Both the position numbers and the translations under genes were made by a program. This document shows, one piece after another, positions 46,437 to 55,930 of a stretch of 64,000 nucleotides of DNA. The first letter of the stretch is position 1. The number at the start of each line of letters is the position of its first letter. Source of the stretch: an uncultured Chloroflexia bacterium (GTDB lineage: Bacteria; Chloroflexota; Dehalococcoidia; UBA2979); assembly GCA_963728205.1 (NCBI GenBank), contig CAVSIV010000001.1, forward strand, positions 416,001 through 480,000, read 5' to 3'. Below the pieces are notes generated by a model. The model was not told where the DNA came from, made no database searches, and saw only the letters and a program-made list of their open reading frames with translations.

Positions 46437-46847
46437 CTAGGCCAGCGCGACCGCCGGCTTGTACCACTCGGCGTGATGCCCGGCGACGTGGCTCACGGAC
46501 ACGATCGCCCGGTCCTCCTCGTAGTCGACCGTGAGCCGCACGCGACCCCTGTGCGCGTACTCGAGCGGCTTCTCCGGCGCGACCGACCGCAGCTCGAAGC
46601 CCTTGCCCGAGCCGTCGGCGGCCAGCCACGAGGTCATGATGGTCTGGAACATCGGGTCCGGCATCTCCGCGAACTCGAGGCGGATGAGCTCCGCGATGTC
46701 GGCCGGCGCCTGGGCGGCGAAGGCCCCGATCAGATCCTCGCGGGAGGCGCCGCGGGCAAGGAGCTCGCGAACGAGACCTCGAGTCTCGTCCGCCTGTAGT
46801 TCGGAGGTCGTGAACCCGGTCAGGGTGTAGCAGCCAGTGAGAGACAT
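46437..46847 (-). CDS. Hypothetical protein (136 aa)
   Basis: Protein-like composition, GGAAGGG RBS, divergent from the LuxR-type gene. Confidence 0.75.
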   Translation of the reverse strand: MSLTGCYTLTGFTTSELQADETRGLVRELLARGASREDLIGAFAAQAPADIAELIRLEFAEMPDPMFQTIMTSWLAADGSGKGFELRSVAPEKPLEYAHRGRVRLTVDYEEDRAIVSVSHVAGHHAEWYKPAVALA

Positions 46848-46926
46848 CTCAAGCCCTTCCGCTGTAAGCGATTGGCAGGAGATTGCCGCACTGGGGGATT
46901 CCCAACGACCGTCAGATGACGTATCA

Positions 46927-48552
46927 ATGGAGCTACGTATTCGTGGGGCCGGAGCCGTGACAGTCGATATCTCCGACGCTGCTCACCAGCTGCTGAGCGC
47001 CCCCGTAGGCGATGTCTCGAGTACGCCGAGCGTGCCGTCAAGTCGCTGCGCCAGATTGGCGATCCTCGATCTTGGGGTCAGGTCTACGAACTCGGGCTCC
47101 GTGAAGCATATCGCCAACACGATATGGACGGGCTTGCGTCTGTCGTATCGCTTGCCGTCATGCGAGCGGACGCAGATGGGCGGCTCGACCAGGCGATTGC
47201 CCATATCGACTTCGCCCTCGCGATGGCGGATGGGATGCCGGATGCTGACACGATCCTTCACAGCATTAAGGCCCCGTACCTCGTTGCCCAAGGAGACTTC
47301 GAATCAGCGGCTGAGTCGCTCGCCGCGGCCTCGCGCGCAAATGCCAAGGCTCGCAGCAACCGATCGCACGCGGAATACATCGACAGTCATCCGTTACGGC
47401 GTGCTGTCGCGCTCGATGTCGAACGAGTCACGGAAGTGCGCCGAGCGGTGGGCAGTCTTGAGCAACTGGGGGATCATCGGCTCGCCGTCTTAGTCATGTC
47501 CTGGCTCATCCCGCTCATGTTCGCCGTAGGGGAGCGGGACGCGGCACAGCCTTGGCTGAATGCGCTGCGGATACATGCCGACGAATCTCGGCCATCCCTA
47601 CCGCATGGCAGATGTGCTGGCCTTCGAACTCGCCAGTGCCGGCGACCTGGGGTCCGGCATCAGATCTCGCAGGGGCTCGCGAGCCGCGTGGCCGATCGGC
47701 GAATTGGCTAGCCCGTTACCGGCTGGCGACTCTCCAGGTGCATCAGGCCATTCTGTTGGGGTGCGCCGGAGACCGAACGCGGTCTGTCCATCATCGAACG
47801 GTTGGCGGGCCACTTCGGTGGGGCGTCGACTGAGGCCCTCGCGAACTACAGGGCATTCGTTGCGGCGTGGCGGGCCACGGACGAGTATGTGCCGTCCATC
47901 GTGCCGCCTCGGCCGACGCTCATGAATCTCGGTGGGCTGCTGGCCGCCGCCGAAGCCAGTGGCGATCGCCGGCACGCAGCAGGACGCTGTTCGATGGCTT
48001 GACCTGGCTTGAGCACCGGAATGCCCACGGGCGTGCGCACCGTCGATGGAATGGCCAGTATCAAAGGACCGCGTCGTGGGCCTGCTGCGTGTTCGCGCGG
48101 GGAGCGTCCGCCAGGCTGTGCGCTCATTCCGCGACGCCATCGAGTGGGCGAGCAAAGCGGGCTACGAGGCCGAGGCGGCGCTCGCGCAGGTCCAGCTCGC
48201 CGAAGTGCTTTCGCTGTCCGAGGTCGCCTCTTCGGAGCGCGCCCGCCAGCGCCTCCGTCGCGCTGGATGGATGAAGCTCCAGGAGCTGAACATCGATCCC
48301 ACGCCGCACGCCTACGCCGCGACGCGCGCGCTCGCGCTGCGCGAGGACGTCACGACCCGCCCGCAGCTCACGCCCCGCCAGGTCGAGGTGCTGAGCCTGC
48401 TCGCCGAGGGCATGACGTACAAGGAAGCCGCCGACCGCCTGGGCACCAGCTGGCGCACCGTCTCCACGCAGGCCTACCAGGCCTATGAGCGCCTCGGCGT
48501 CGACGGCAAGCACGAGGCCGTCAAGGTCGCGAAGCAGCTCCAGATCCTGTAG
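46927..48552 (+). pseudogene. Large LuxR-family regulator (helical N-terminal region plus C-terminal HTH) broken by about 8 frameshifts
   Basis: Protein-like fragments can be chained across ORFs 46837, 47124, 47560, 47552, 47802 and 48046; intact LTPRQVEVL...GMTYKEAA.RLG.S.RTV HTH. Confidence 0.75.
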
Positions 48553-48563
48553 CGGCCCGGTGC

Positions 48564-49739
48564 CTAGATCGCGCCGCGGTCGCGCAGCGCCGTGATCTGC
48601 TCCCACGTGTAGCCGAGCCCGAGCAGCGTCTCCTCGGTGTGCTGGCCCAGCTCCGGCGCCGCGCCCTGCACCCGCCCGGGCGTCTCGCTCAGCGTGAACG
48701 GGATGCCCACCGTGCGATGGCGCTCGAAGCCCGGGTGCTCGACGTCCACCAGGTAGCCGTTCTCCCAGAACTGCGGATCCGACTCCACCCCCGCGTAGTC
48801 GTGCACCGGGCCGCACGGCACGTCGCGCGCGATCAGCGCCTCCAGCCAGTGCGCGCGCGGCCGGCCGCGGAACGTGCCGGCGAGCTGGTCGTGCAGCCAG
48901 TCGCGGTGGTCCAGGCGCGCGAACGGCGTCGCGGAACGCTCGTCCGTCAGCAGGTCCGGCCGCCCGGCCGCGTCGCACAGCAGCGGCCAGTGCTTCGGCG
49001 TGAGCACGCCGACGGTGAACCAGCCGCCGTCGCCGCCTTCGTAGAACGTGAAGATCGGGTTCACGAACCGCCGGCCCTGCGTCCCCGTGTGCAGGTAGCC
49101 GACGAGGCTCAGCGCCTGCAGCGTCGTCATCGCGCCGAGCTGCGAGACGTCGAGCCGCTGCCCCACCCCGTGCCGCTCGCGCGCCAGCAGCGCCGCCATG
49201 ATCCCGTACGCGAACACCATGCTGCCCACCTGGTCGGCGAGCCCCCATGGGATCTGCACCGGCTCGCACCCGGGCCCGCCGCCCTGCGCGATCATCGCCC
49301 CCGACATCCCCTGCGCGACGATGTCGAACGACCCGCGCGGCGACCACTCGCCCTTCGGCCCGAACCCGCTGTTCACCGCGTAGATCAGCTGCGGGTTGTG
49401 CTTGCGCAACTCCTCGTAGCCGAAGCCCAGCCCGTCCATCAGGCCGGGCCGGAAGTTCTCGGTCACCACGTCGGCATCCTCGACGAGCCGGTACACGATC
49501 CGCTTCGCCTCCGGGTCGTCGAGGTCGAGCGTGATGCTCCGCTTGCCGCGGTCGAATGCCTCGAAGTAGGCGCAGAACCCGTCGGGCCGCCGCCCGAGCG
49601 AGCGCCCCGGATCACCCTCGCCCGGCCGCTCGACCTTGAGCACGTCGGCGCCCATGTCGGACAGCATCACCGTCGCATGCGGACCGTTCTGGAAGCGGGT
49701 GAAGTCGAGGACCTTGATCCCCTCGAGCGGTGCAGGCAC
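48564..49739 (-). CDS. CaiB/BaiF-family (class III) CoA transferase
   Basis: PLEGIKVLD, GADVLKVE, RGKRS, ENFRPG, SGFG, APELGQHT; AGGAAGGGAG RBS. Confidence 0.95.
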   Translation of the reverse strand: MPAPLEGIKVLDFTRFQNGPHATVMLSDMGADVLKVERPGEGDPGRSLGRRPDGFCAYFEAFDRGKRSITLDLDDPEAKRIVYRLVEDADVVTENFRPGLMDGLGFGYEELRKHNPQLIYAVNSGFGPKGEWSPRGSFDIVAQGMSGAMIAQGGGPGCEPVQIPWGLADQVGSMVFAYGIMAALLARERHGVGQRLDVSQLGAMTTLQALSLVGYLHTGTQGRRFVNPIFTFYEGGDGGWFTVGVLTPKHWPLLCDAAGRPDLLTDERSATPFARLDHRDWLHDQLAGTFRGRPRAHWLEALIARDVPCGPVHDYAGVESDPQFWENGYLVDVEHPGFERHRTVGIPFTLSETPGRVQGAAPELGQHTEETLLGLGYTWEQITALRDRGAI

Positions 49740-49931
49740 GGGGCGCTCCCTTCCTCGACGGCCATAACGAACGTGCGCATCATACGAGAACGCGACCTCG
49801 CGCCGGCGCGTGGGTGGCACGGGCGCGCGCGGCAGCGGCGGGCGAGGTGCGGCTCCCCGCATCGGGGACCGTCGGCAAATCTGGAGTGACCCCGCGACCG
49901 GGCGTCGCGAAGTCGTTGACTCCCTGGAGCC

Positions 49932-49981
49932 CTTTGCGTAGGCTAGACGCAACTCGACTTTGCGTATCGATTACGCAAAGT
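49932..49981. promoter_or_regulatory. Two tandem NrtR-type operators upstream of nadA
   Basis: TTGCGT-N7-ACGCAA at about 49934-49952 and ACTTTGCGT-N7-ACGCAAAGT at 49957-49981; both match the GT-N7-AC core known for NrtR. Confidence 0.8.
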
Positions 49982-50004
49982 GAGAAAACTCAAAGGCAGC
50001 CCCG

Positions 50005-51225
50005 ATGACCACGCAGACCTCGCGGCCTCCGCGGCCGAATCCCTACTTCCCGATCGCGCAGCTCCAGTGCGAGACCGACAGCGGCCTGCAGACCGTCCCG
50101 CTCTCCGAAGAGAGCTCGTTTCGATCCTGGCAGCAGTCGATTCCCGAGCGCTACTGGCACATGGACGCCGACGAGCTGACGCGCCGCATCCGCGCGGCGC
50201 GCTCGGCGCTCGGCACCGACGCCGTCATCCTCGGGCACCACTACCAGCGCGAGGACATCATCGAGTTCGCCGACGAGCGCGGCGATTCGTTCGCGCTCTC
50301 GCAGTTCGCCGCCGAGCGCCCGGAGGCGAAGTACATCGTCTTCTGCGGCGTGCACTTCATGGCCGAGGCCGCAGACATCCTCTCCGGTCCGCACCAGCAG
50401 GTGATCCTGCCGAACATGGAGGCCGGCTGCTCGATGGCCGACATGGCCGCGCCGGCCGACGTCTACTCCGCATGGCGCGAGCTCGAGGACCACTTTGGCT
50501 CGACCGACGACATCATCCCCGTGACGTATATGAACTCCGCCGCCTCACTGAAGGCCTTCTGCGGCAAGCACGGCGGTGTCGTATGTACGTCATCGAACGC
50601 GCCGAAAGTGCTGCGCTGGGCCTTCGAGCGCGGCAAGCGCGTCTTCTTCTTCCCCGACCAGCACCTCGGGCGCAACACCGGAGCGGCGCTGGGCATTCCC
50701 CAGGACGAGATGGTGCTCTGGAACTGGCGCCTGCCGGCCGGCTCGCTGGGCGGGCTCAGCGATGAGACCCTCGAGCGCTCCCGCGTCATCCTCTGGCAGG
50801 GCCACTGCTCGGTGCACCAGCGGTTCTCGCTGACGCAGATCGAGCACGCGCGCGCCGAGCACCCCGACGTGAAGATCGTCGTGCACCCGGAGTGCCGCTA
50901 CGACGTCGTGCAGGCGGCCGACGCCAACGGCTCGACGGCGTTCATCGCGAAGTACGTCGCGGAGGCGCCGGCAGGGTCTGTGATCGGCGTGGGCACCGAG
51001 ATCAACCTGGTCTCGCGGCTCGCGAAGGAGCACCCGGACAAGACGGTGTTCTGCCTCGACCCCGTCGTGTGCCCCTGCAGCACGATGTATCGCGTGCACC
51101 CCGCGTACCTCGCCTGGGTGATGGAGTCGCTGCTCGACGGCCAGGTCGTCAACCAGATCGTCGTGCCCGACGAAGAGAAGCAGCACGCGCGCGTCGCGCT
51201 CGAGCGCATGCTCGCGCTGAAGTAG
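50005..51225 (+). CDS. nadA: Quinolinate synthase
   Basis: GHHYQR, GDSF, FCGVHFMAE, AGCSMADMA, YMNS, CTSSNA, PDQHLGRN, HPEC, CPCSTM. Confidence 0.97.
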   Translation: MTTQTSRPPRPNPYFPIAQLQCETDSGLQTVPLSEESSFRSWQQSIPERYWHMDADELTRRIRAARSALGTDAVILGHHYQREDIIEFADERGDSFALSQFAAERPEAKYIVFCGVHFMAEAADILSGPHQQVILPNMEAGCSMADMAAPADVYSAWRELEDHFGSTDDIIPVTYMNSAASLKAFCGKHGGVVCTSSNAPKVLRWAFERGKRVFFFPDQHLGRNTGAALGIPQDEMVLWNWRLPAGSLGGLSDETLERSRVILWQGHCSVHQRFSLTQIEHARAEHPDVKIVVHPECRYDVVQAADANGSTAFIAKYVAEAPAGSVIGVGTEINLVSRLAKEHPDKTVFCLDPVVCPCSTMYRVHPAYLAWVMESLLDGQVVNQIVVPDEEKQHARVALERMLALK

Positions 51226-51265
51226 CCGCGACACCCCGCCCGACCGGTGGGGGCGTGACCGAAGG

Positions 51266-51291
51266 CAAGCGGCGTCAGACACGACGCCGAT
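51266..51291 (+). repeat. Single REP-like unit of the same family as 11876 and 58640
   Basis: CAAGCGGCGTCAGACACGACGCCGAT; the stem carries a compensatory G-C to T-A change relative to the 11876 unit. Confidence 0.7.
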
Positions 51292-51356
51292 GCGCGGGCG
51301 CCTGCAGGGCGCGCACTCGCGGCGGCCGCAGCCGCCGCACGAGAGAAAGCGGCGGC

Positions 51357-51794
51357 GTGAGCGAGTTCCGCTTCGAGACGCGCATCCCGCTCCGCCACAC
51401 CGACTCCTTCGGCGGCACCCCGTTTGTCCACGGCGGCGTCCTGATTGCCCTCACCGAGATCGCGCTCGACGCGTACGACCACGCCGCCGCCATCCCGTCG
51501 CACCGCGACGTCCTCCGCTTCCAGACCCACACCGAGGTCCGGTACCGCTCGCCGCTCCGCTGGGACGACGCGGCGGTCGTCCGGCTGCGCTGTGCCGAGG
51601 TGCGCCAGGGCCGGCTGCGCTTCGACTGCGTCGTTGCCGCCGCGAGCGATGGCCGCACCGTTGCGGAGATGGCGCATCGCTACGCGTACCTCAACGCCGA
51701 GACGGGGCGCCCCGAGACGCCGCCCGACTGGTCGAGCATCATCGACGCGATCCGCGCGTACGAGGGCGACGACGTGGAGGTCTTTGATGCCTGA
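51357..51794 (+). CDS. Hotdog-fold thioesterase-like protein
   Basis: FETRIPLRHTD, VRYRSPLRWDD, TGRP...P; 4HBT/YbgC-like spacing. Confidence 0.75.
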   Translation: MSEFRFETRIPLRHTDSFGGTPFVHGGVLIALTEIALDAYDHAAAIPSHRDVLRFQTHTEVRYRSPLRWDDAAVVRLRCAEVRQGRLRFDCVVAAASDGRTVAEMAHRYAYLNAETGRPETPPDWSSIIDAIRAYEGDDVEVFDA

Positions 51795-53368
51795 CGCTCC
51801 CGCGTCCGATCGCGCCGGCTCCTTCGATTCTCGTCGTGATCGGGTCCGGCATCGCCGGGCTCTACGCGGCGCTGCAGGCGCACGAGCACGGCGCGTCGGT
51901 GCTGCTCGTGACGAAGGGCGCCATCGATGAGGCGAGCACGCGCCACGCGCAGGGCGGCATCGCGGCGGCGCTCGGCCACGGCGACTCGCCCGAGGCCCAC
52001 CTGCAGGACACGATTGCCGCCGGCGCCGGGCTGGTCGACGAGGACGCCGCGCGCATCCTCTGCTTCGAGGCCGCCGCGCGCATCGCGGACCTCGTCCGCT
52101 ACGGCGTCGAGTTCGACGCCGCCGACGGCGAGATCGCGCTCGGCCGCGAGGCCGCGCACTCCGCCGCGCGCATCGTGCACGCCGGCGGCGACTCCACGGG
52201 GCTCGTCGTCGAGCTCTCGCTCACGTCGCTCGCGCGACGGCAGGGCGTCACGATCCTCGAGTTCACGCTCGCCGACCGCATCATCGTCGAGGGCGACCGC
52301 GCGGTCGGCGTCGACGTCTACGACACCACCACGGACACGCACGCGCGCTACGACGCCGGCACCATCGTGATCGCCACCGGCGGCGCGGGTCAGATGTACC
52401 GCGTCACCACGAACCCCGCGGTCTCGACCGGGGACGGCATCGCGCTCGCGTACACCGCCGGCGCCGAGATCACCGACATGGAGTTCACGCAGTTCCACCC
52501 GACGGCGCTCGTCATCCCGGGCGCCGCGGTCTTCCTGATCTCCGAGGCCGTCCGCGGGGAGGGCGCGCGGCTCTTCAATACGGCCGGCGAGCGTTTCATG
52601 CCGAAGTACGACGCCGAGCGCGCCGAGCTGGCCCCGCGCGACGTGGTCGCCCGCGCCGAGCATCGCGAGATGATCGCGACAGGCGCCGACCACGTGCTGC
52701 TCGACATCACCGACCGCGACGCCAACTGGCTCGCCGCGCGCTTCCCGCAGATCTACCGCCACTGCCTCGACGCCGGGATCGACATGGCGACGCAGCGCGT
52801 GCCGGTCTCGCCGGCCGCGCACTACACGATGGGCGGCGTGCGCACGAACACGTGGGGCGAGACGACCGTCCCGGGCCTGTTCGCCGTCGGCGAGGCCGCG
52901 TGCACCGGCGTGCACGGCGCGAACCGGCTCGCCAGCAACTCGCTGCTCGAGACGATGGTGTTCGCGCACCGCATGGTGGAGCGGCTCTTCCAGTCGGCCG
53001 GCGCGCCGGCGGCCGCGCCCGCGCCGACCCCGGACGCGCGGCCGCTGCCGCCGGCGACGAACGGGCGCTACGAGCCGCCGGTGCTCGGCAGCCTGAAGCG
53101 GCTGATGTGGGAGCGCGTCGGCATCGAGCGCTCCGGCGAGGGTCTCCGGGCGGCGGCCGATCAGCTGCGCCACTGGGCGGCCGCGATCCCGGCGCCGGGC
53201 GATCGCGCCGGGTACGAGCTGCGTACGCTCGTCACGGTCGCGCGGCTCGCCACCGAGGCTGCGCTCCTGCGCGAGGAGTCGCGCGGCGCGCACTACCGTG
53301 CCGACTTCCCGTCGCCGATCGACGCCTGGCGCCGGCACCTGGTCTTCCGCGCCGAAGGGAGCGAGTGA
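51787..53368 (+). CDS. nadB: L-aspartate oxidase; true start probably ATG 51787 with a +1 error near 51828
   Basis: (L)VVIGSGIAGL, AQGGIAA, EAAHS..RIVH, QFHPT, ISEAVRGEG, ELAPRDVV, HYTMGG, GVHGANRLASNSLLE. Confidence 0.96.
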
Positions 53369-53370
53369 CG

Positions 53371-54249
53371 ATGGCCGAGTCCCCGCGCACATCCCCGCCC
53401 GATCCCGCCGCCGTCCGCGAGATCGTCGAGCGCGCCCTGGCCGAGGACCGCGCCGGGTACGACGTCACCACGCAGGCGCTCATCCCGCCGGGGCAGCGCG
53501 GCCGCGGCGCGTTCGTCTTTCGCGAGGCAGGCGTCGTGTGCGGCATGGACGTCGCGCGGGCGGTCTTCGCGACGCTCTCGCCGGACCTGCGCTTCGACGT
53601 TGCCCACCCGGACGGCGTCTTCGTCGAGGGCGGCACCACCGTCGCGGAGGTGAGCGGACCGCTGGCGCCGATGCTGTCCGGCGAGCGGGTCGCGCTGAAC
53701 CTCGTGCAGCGCATGTCGGGGGTCGCGACGCTCGCGCATCGCTACGTGCAGGCGGCTGCGGCCGGCGGCGATGCGCGCGTCGTGGACACGCGGAAGACCA
53801 CGCCGGGACTGCGGCTGCTCGAGCGCTACGCGGTGCGCGTCGGCGGCGCGCACAACCACCGCAACACGCTCGAGGACGGCGTGCTGATCAAGGACAATCA
53901 CATCGCGGCGGCCGCGCAGCGCGGGCTCGACCTCGCGGCCGTGATCCGCGAGGCCCGCGCGCACGCCGCGCACACGCTGCGCGTGGAGGTTGAGGTCGAC
54001 ACCGCGGAGCAGGCGCGCGCGGCGATCGCGGGCGGCGCCGACGTCGTGCTGCTCGACAACATGACGCCCGACGAGATGCGCGCGATCGTCGGGGAAGCGC
54101 CGGGCAACGTGATGTTCGAGGCGTCGGGCGGCATCACGCTGGAGACGATTCGCGACGTGGCGGCGAGCGGCGTGCAGCTGATCTCGTCGGGCGCACTCAC
54201 GCACTCGGTGCGCTCGCTCGACGTCGCGCTCGACCTCGAGCCGGCGTGA
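53371..54249 (+). CDS. nadC: Nicotinate-nucleotide diphosphorylase (carboxylating)
   Basis: ALAED, ERVALN, DTRKTTPGLR, NHR, LIKDNH, EVEV, LLDNM, EASGGI. Confidence 0.97.
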   Translation: MAESPRTSPPDPAAVREIVERALAEDRAGYDVTTQALIPPGQRGRGAFVFREAGVVCGMDVARAVFATLSPDLRFDVAHPDGVFVEGGTTVAEVSGPLAPMLSGERVALNLVQRMSGVATLAHRYVQAAAAGGDARVVDTRKTTPGLRLLERYAVRVGGAHNHRNTLEDGVLIKDNHIAAAAQRGLDLAAVIREARAHAAHTLRVEVEVDTAEQARAAIAGGADVVLLDNMTPDEMRAIVGEAPGNVMFEASGGITLETIRDVAASGVQLISSGALTHSVRSLDVALDLEPA

Positions 54250-54352
54250 CGGCGGCGGCACGCCGCACGTGCGGTGGCCGCGCGCGGCGCTTCCTCGACG
54301 CCGTCGCGGCGCGGACGGAAGATCGTGTGCGCACCGAAGGAGCCGCCTCGCC

Positions 54353-55252
54353 ATGACCTCGCAGCCCGCGCCGTTCCTGGCTCTCGTCCACGCGCGCGAC
54401 GCGCTCGTCGCCGCCGTCGCCGCGCTGCCGGCTGCCGCGCTCGAGGCGCGCGTGCCGTGGGCGGGCGCCGACGCGCCGCTCGGCTGGGCGCTGCTCAGCG
54501 CCGGCGCGCACAACGTCGAGCACCGCCTCGCGATCGAGCAGCAGCTGGAGGCGCTCGGCTGGCGCCGCAGCGAGGCGATCCGCCACCTCGCCGACGCGCC
54601 CGTCTCGCGCCGGCGCATCGAGGCGCTGCTCGTCGGTGTCGCCGGCGACGTCCTCGACCGCGAGCCGGGGCCCGGCGCGTGGAGCGCGCGCCAGATGGTC
54701 GAGCACGTGATCGCGACCGACCGCCGCTACTGGCTGCAGGCGCGCCACGCCGCCGACCGCGGCGACGACGATCCGCTGCGTCCGGCGGACGACCTCCTGC
54801 CGGCGCGCGTGCCGCCGCCCGTGCTCGGCGAGCCCGCCGGCGCGCTCGTCGCGCGGCTGCGCGAGACGCACGTGGCGGCGCTCGACGCGCTGGTTGGCCT
54901 GCGCGACGAGCAGCTGCGCCGGCCGACGGACTGGGCCGGCTCGCGCCAGGAGGTGGCCTTCCGCCTCCACCGCTTCGCCGAGCACTACGACGAGCACGTC
55001 GCCGACCTCGATGGCACGCTCGCCGCGATCGGCGTCTCGCGCACGATGCCGGCCCGGATCGCGGCCGCGCGGCTCGCGGAGCTCGGCGCGCTCGAGGCCG
55101 CGCTGCTCCGCGTGCCCGCGGCGCTGATCGACGCGCCCGGCCCGGCGCGCGCGCCCGGCGGCGCCGCCGAGTGGAGCGTGCACGAGCAGCTCGACCACCT
55201 CGCCGCCGAGGACCGCGACCTGCTCGAGCGCGTGCGGAGCCCCGGCGCGTGA
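54353..55252 (+). CDS. DinB-family protein with repeated DinB-like segments
   Basis: WSARQMVEHV, H..EH twice, EWSVHEQLDHL. Confidence 0.8.
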   Translation: MTSQPAPFLALVHARDALVAAVAALPAAALEARVPWAGADAPLGWALLSAGAHNVEHRLAIEQQLEALGWRRSEAIRHLADAPVSRRRIEALLVGVAGDVLDREPGPGAWSARQMVEHVIATDRRYWLQARHAADRGDDDPLRPADDLLPARVPPPVLGEPAGALVARLRETHVAALDALVGLRDEQLRRPTDWAGSRQEVAFRLHRFAEHYDEHVADLDGTLAAIGVSRTMPARIAAARLAELGALEAALLRVPAALIDAPGPARAPGGAAEWSVHEQLDHLAAEDRDLLERVRSPGA

Positions 55253-55824
55253 ACCAGGTGGTCATCCTCTCGGGCCCGCCCGGCGCCGGGAAGTCGTCGG
55301 TCGCGGACGCGCTCTGCGAGCGCTTCGACCGCATGATCCACGTCGAGGTCGACGAGCTTCGCCACTGGGTGAAGGCCGGCTACCGCCACCCGTGGGCCGG
55401 CGATCGCCAGGCCGCCGAGCAGCTCGAGCTCGCCGTGCGCAACGCGAGCGCGATCGCGCGCGAGAGCGTCGCGATGCGCTACGCCGTCGTGATCACCGAC
55501 GTCGTGCGCCCCGACGATGCCGCGCGCTACCGCGCCGCGCTGGCCGGCGCCGGCACGGCCGTGCACCTCGTCACGCTGCTGCCCAGCCTCGAGGTCGCGC
55601 TGGCGCGCGACGCGGTTCGCGAGCACGCGATCGCGGAGCGGGTGCGTGCCGTGCACGCGGAGCTCGTCGACGACATCCGGTCGGGCGCGCTGCCCGGCGC
55701 GGTGATCGACAGCTCGCACGACCGCGACCCGCAGGCGACGGCCGACCGGGTGCAGGACGTCGTCGCGAGCGGCGAGGCGCTGCTCGTCGATGCGTCACCG
55801 GCACACATCCCTGCGGATTCCTGA
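55249..55824 (+). CDS. P-loop NTPase (nucleotide-kinase-like AAA family)
   Basis: ILSGPPGAGKSS, HVEVDELR, L.PSLEVALARD. Confidence 0.85.
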   Translation: MNQVVILSGPPGAGKSSVADALCERFDRMIHVEVDELRHWVKAGYRHPWAGDRQAAEQLELAVRNASAIARESVAMRYAVVITDVVRPDDAARYRAALAGAGTAVHLVTLLPSLEVALARDAVREHAIAERVRAVHAELVDDIRSGALPGAVIDSSHDRDPQATADRVQDVVASGEALLVDASPAHIPADS

Positions 55825-55930
55825 TATCGCGGGTTCCGCCCGACTGCCCCTCGCGGTGCGCCCCGTCTAGCATCGGGCGAAAGCAGGAGGAGACGGCCGG
55901 GCGCGCGCCCGGGGACCGCCGGGTCGGAGG

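Noticed and set aside
40895-48552. tRNA-anchored integrative element or prophage
   Set aside because: The tRNA is followed directly by housekeeping miaB; no integrase, and no duplicated tRNA 3-prime end was seen
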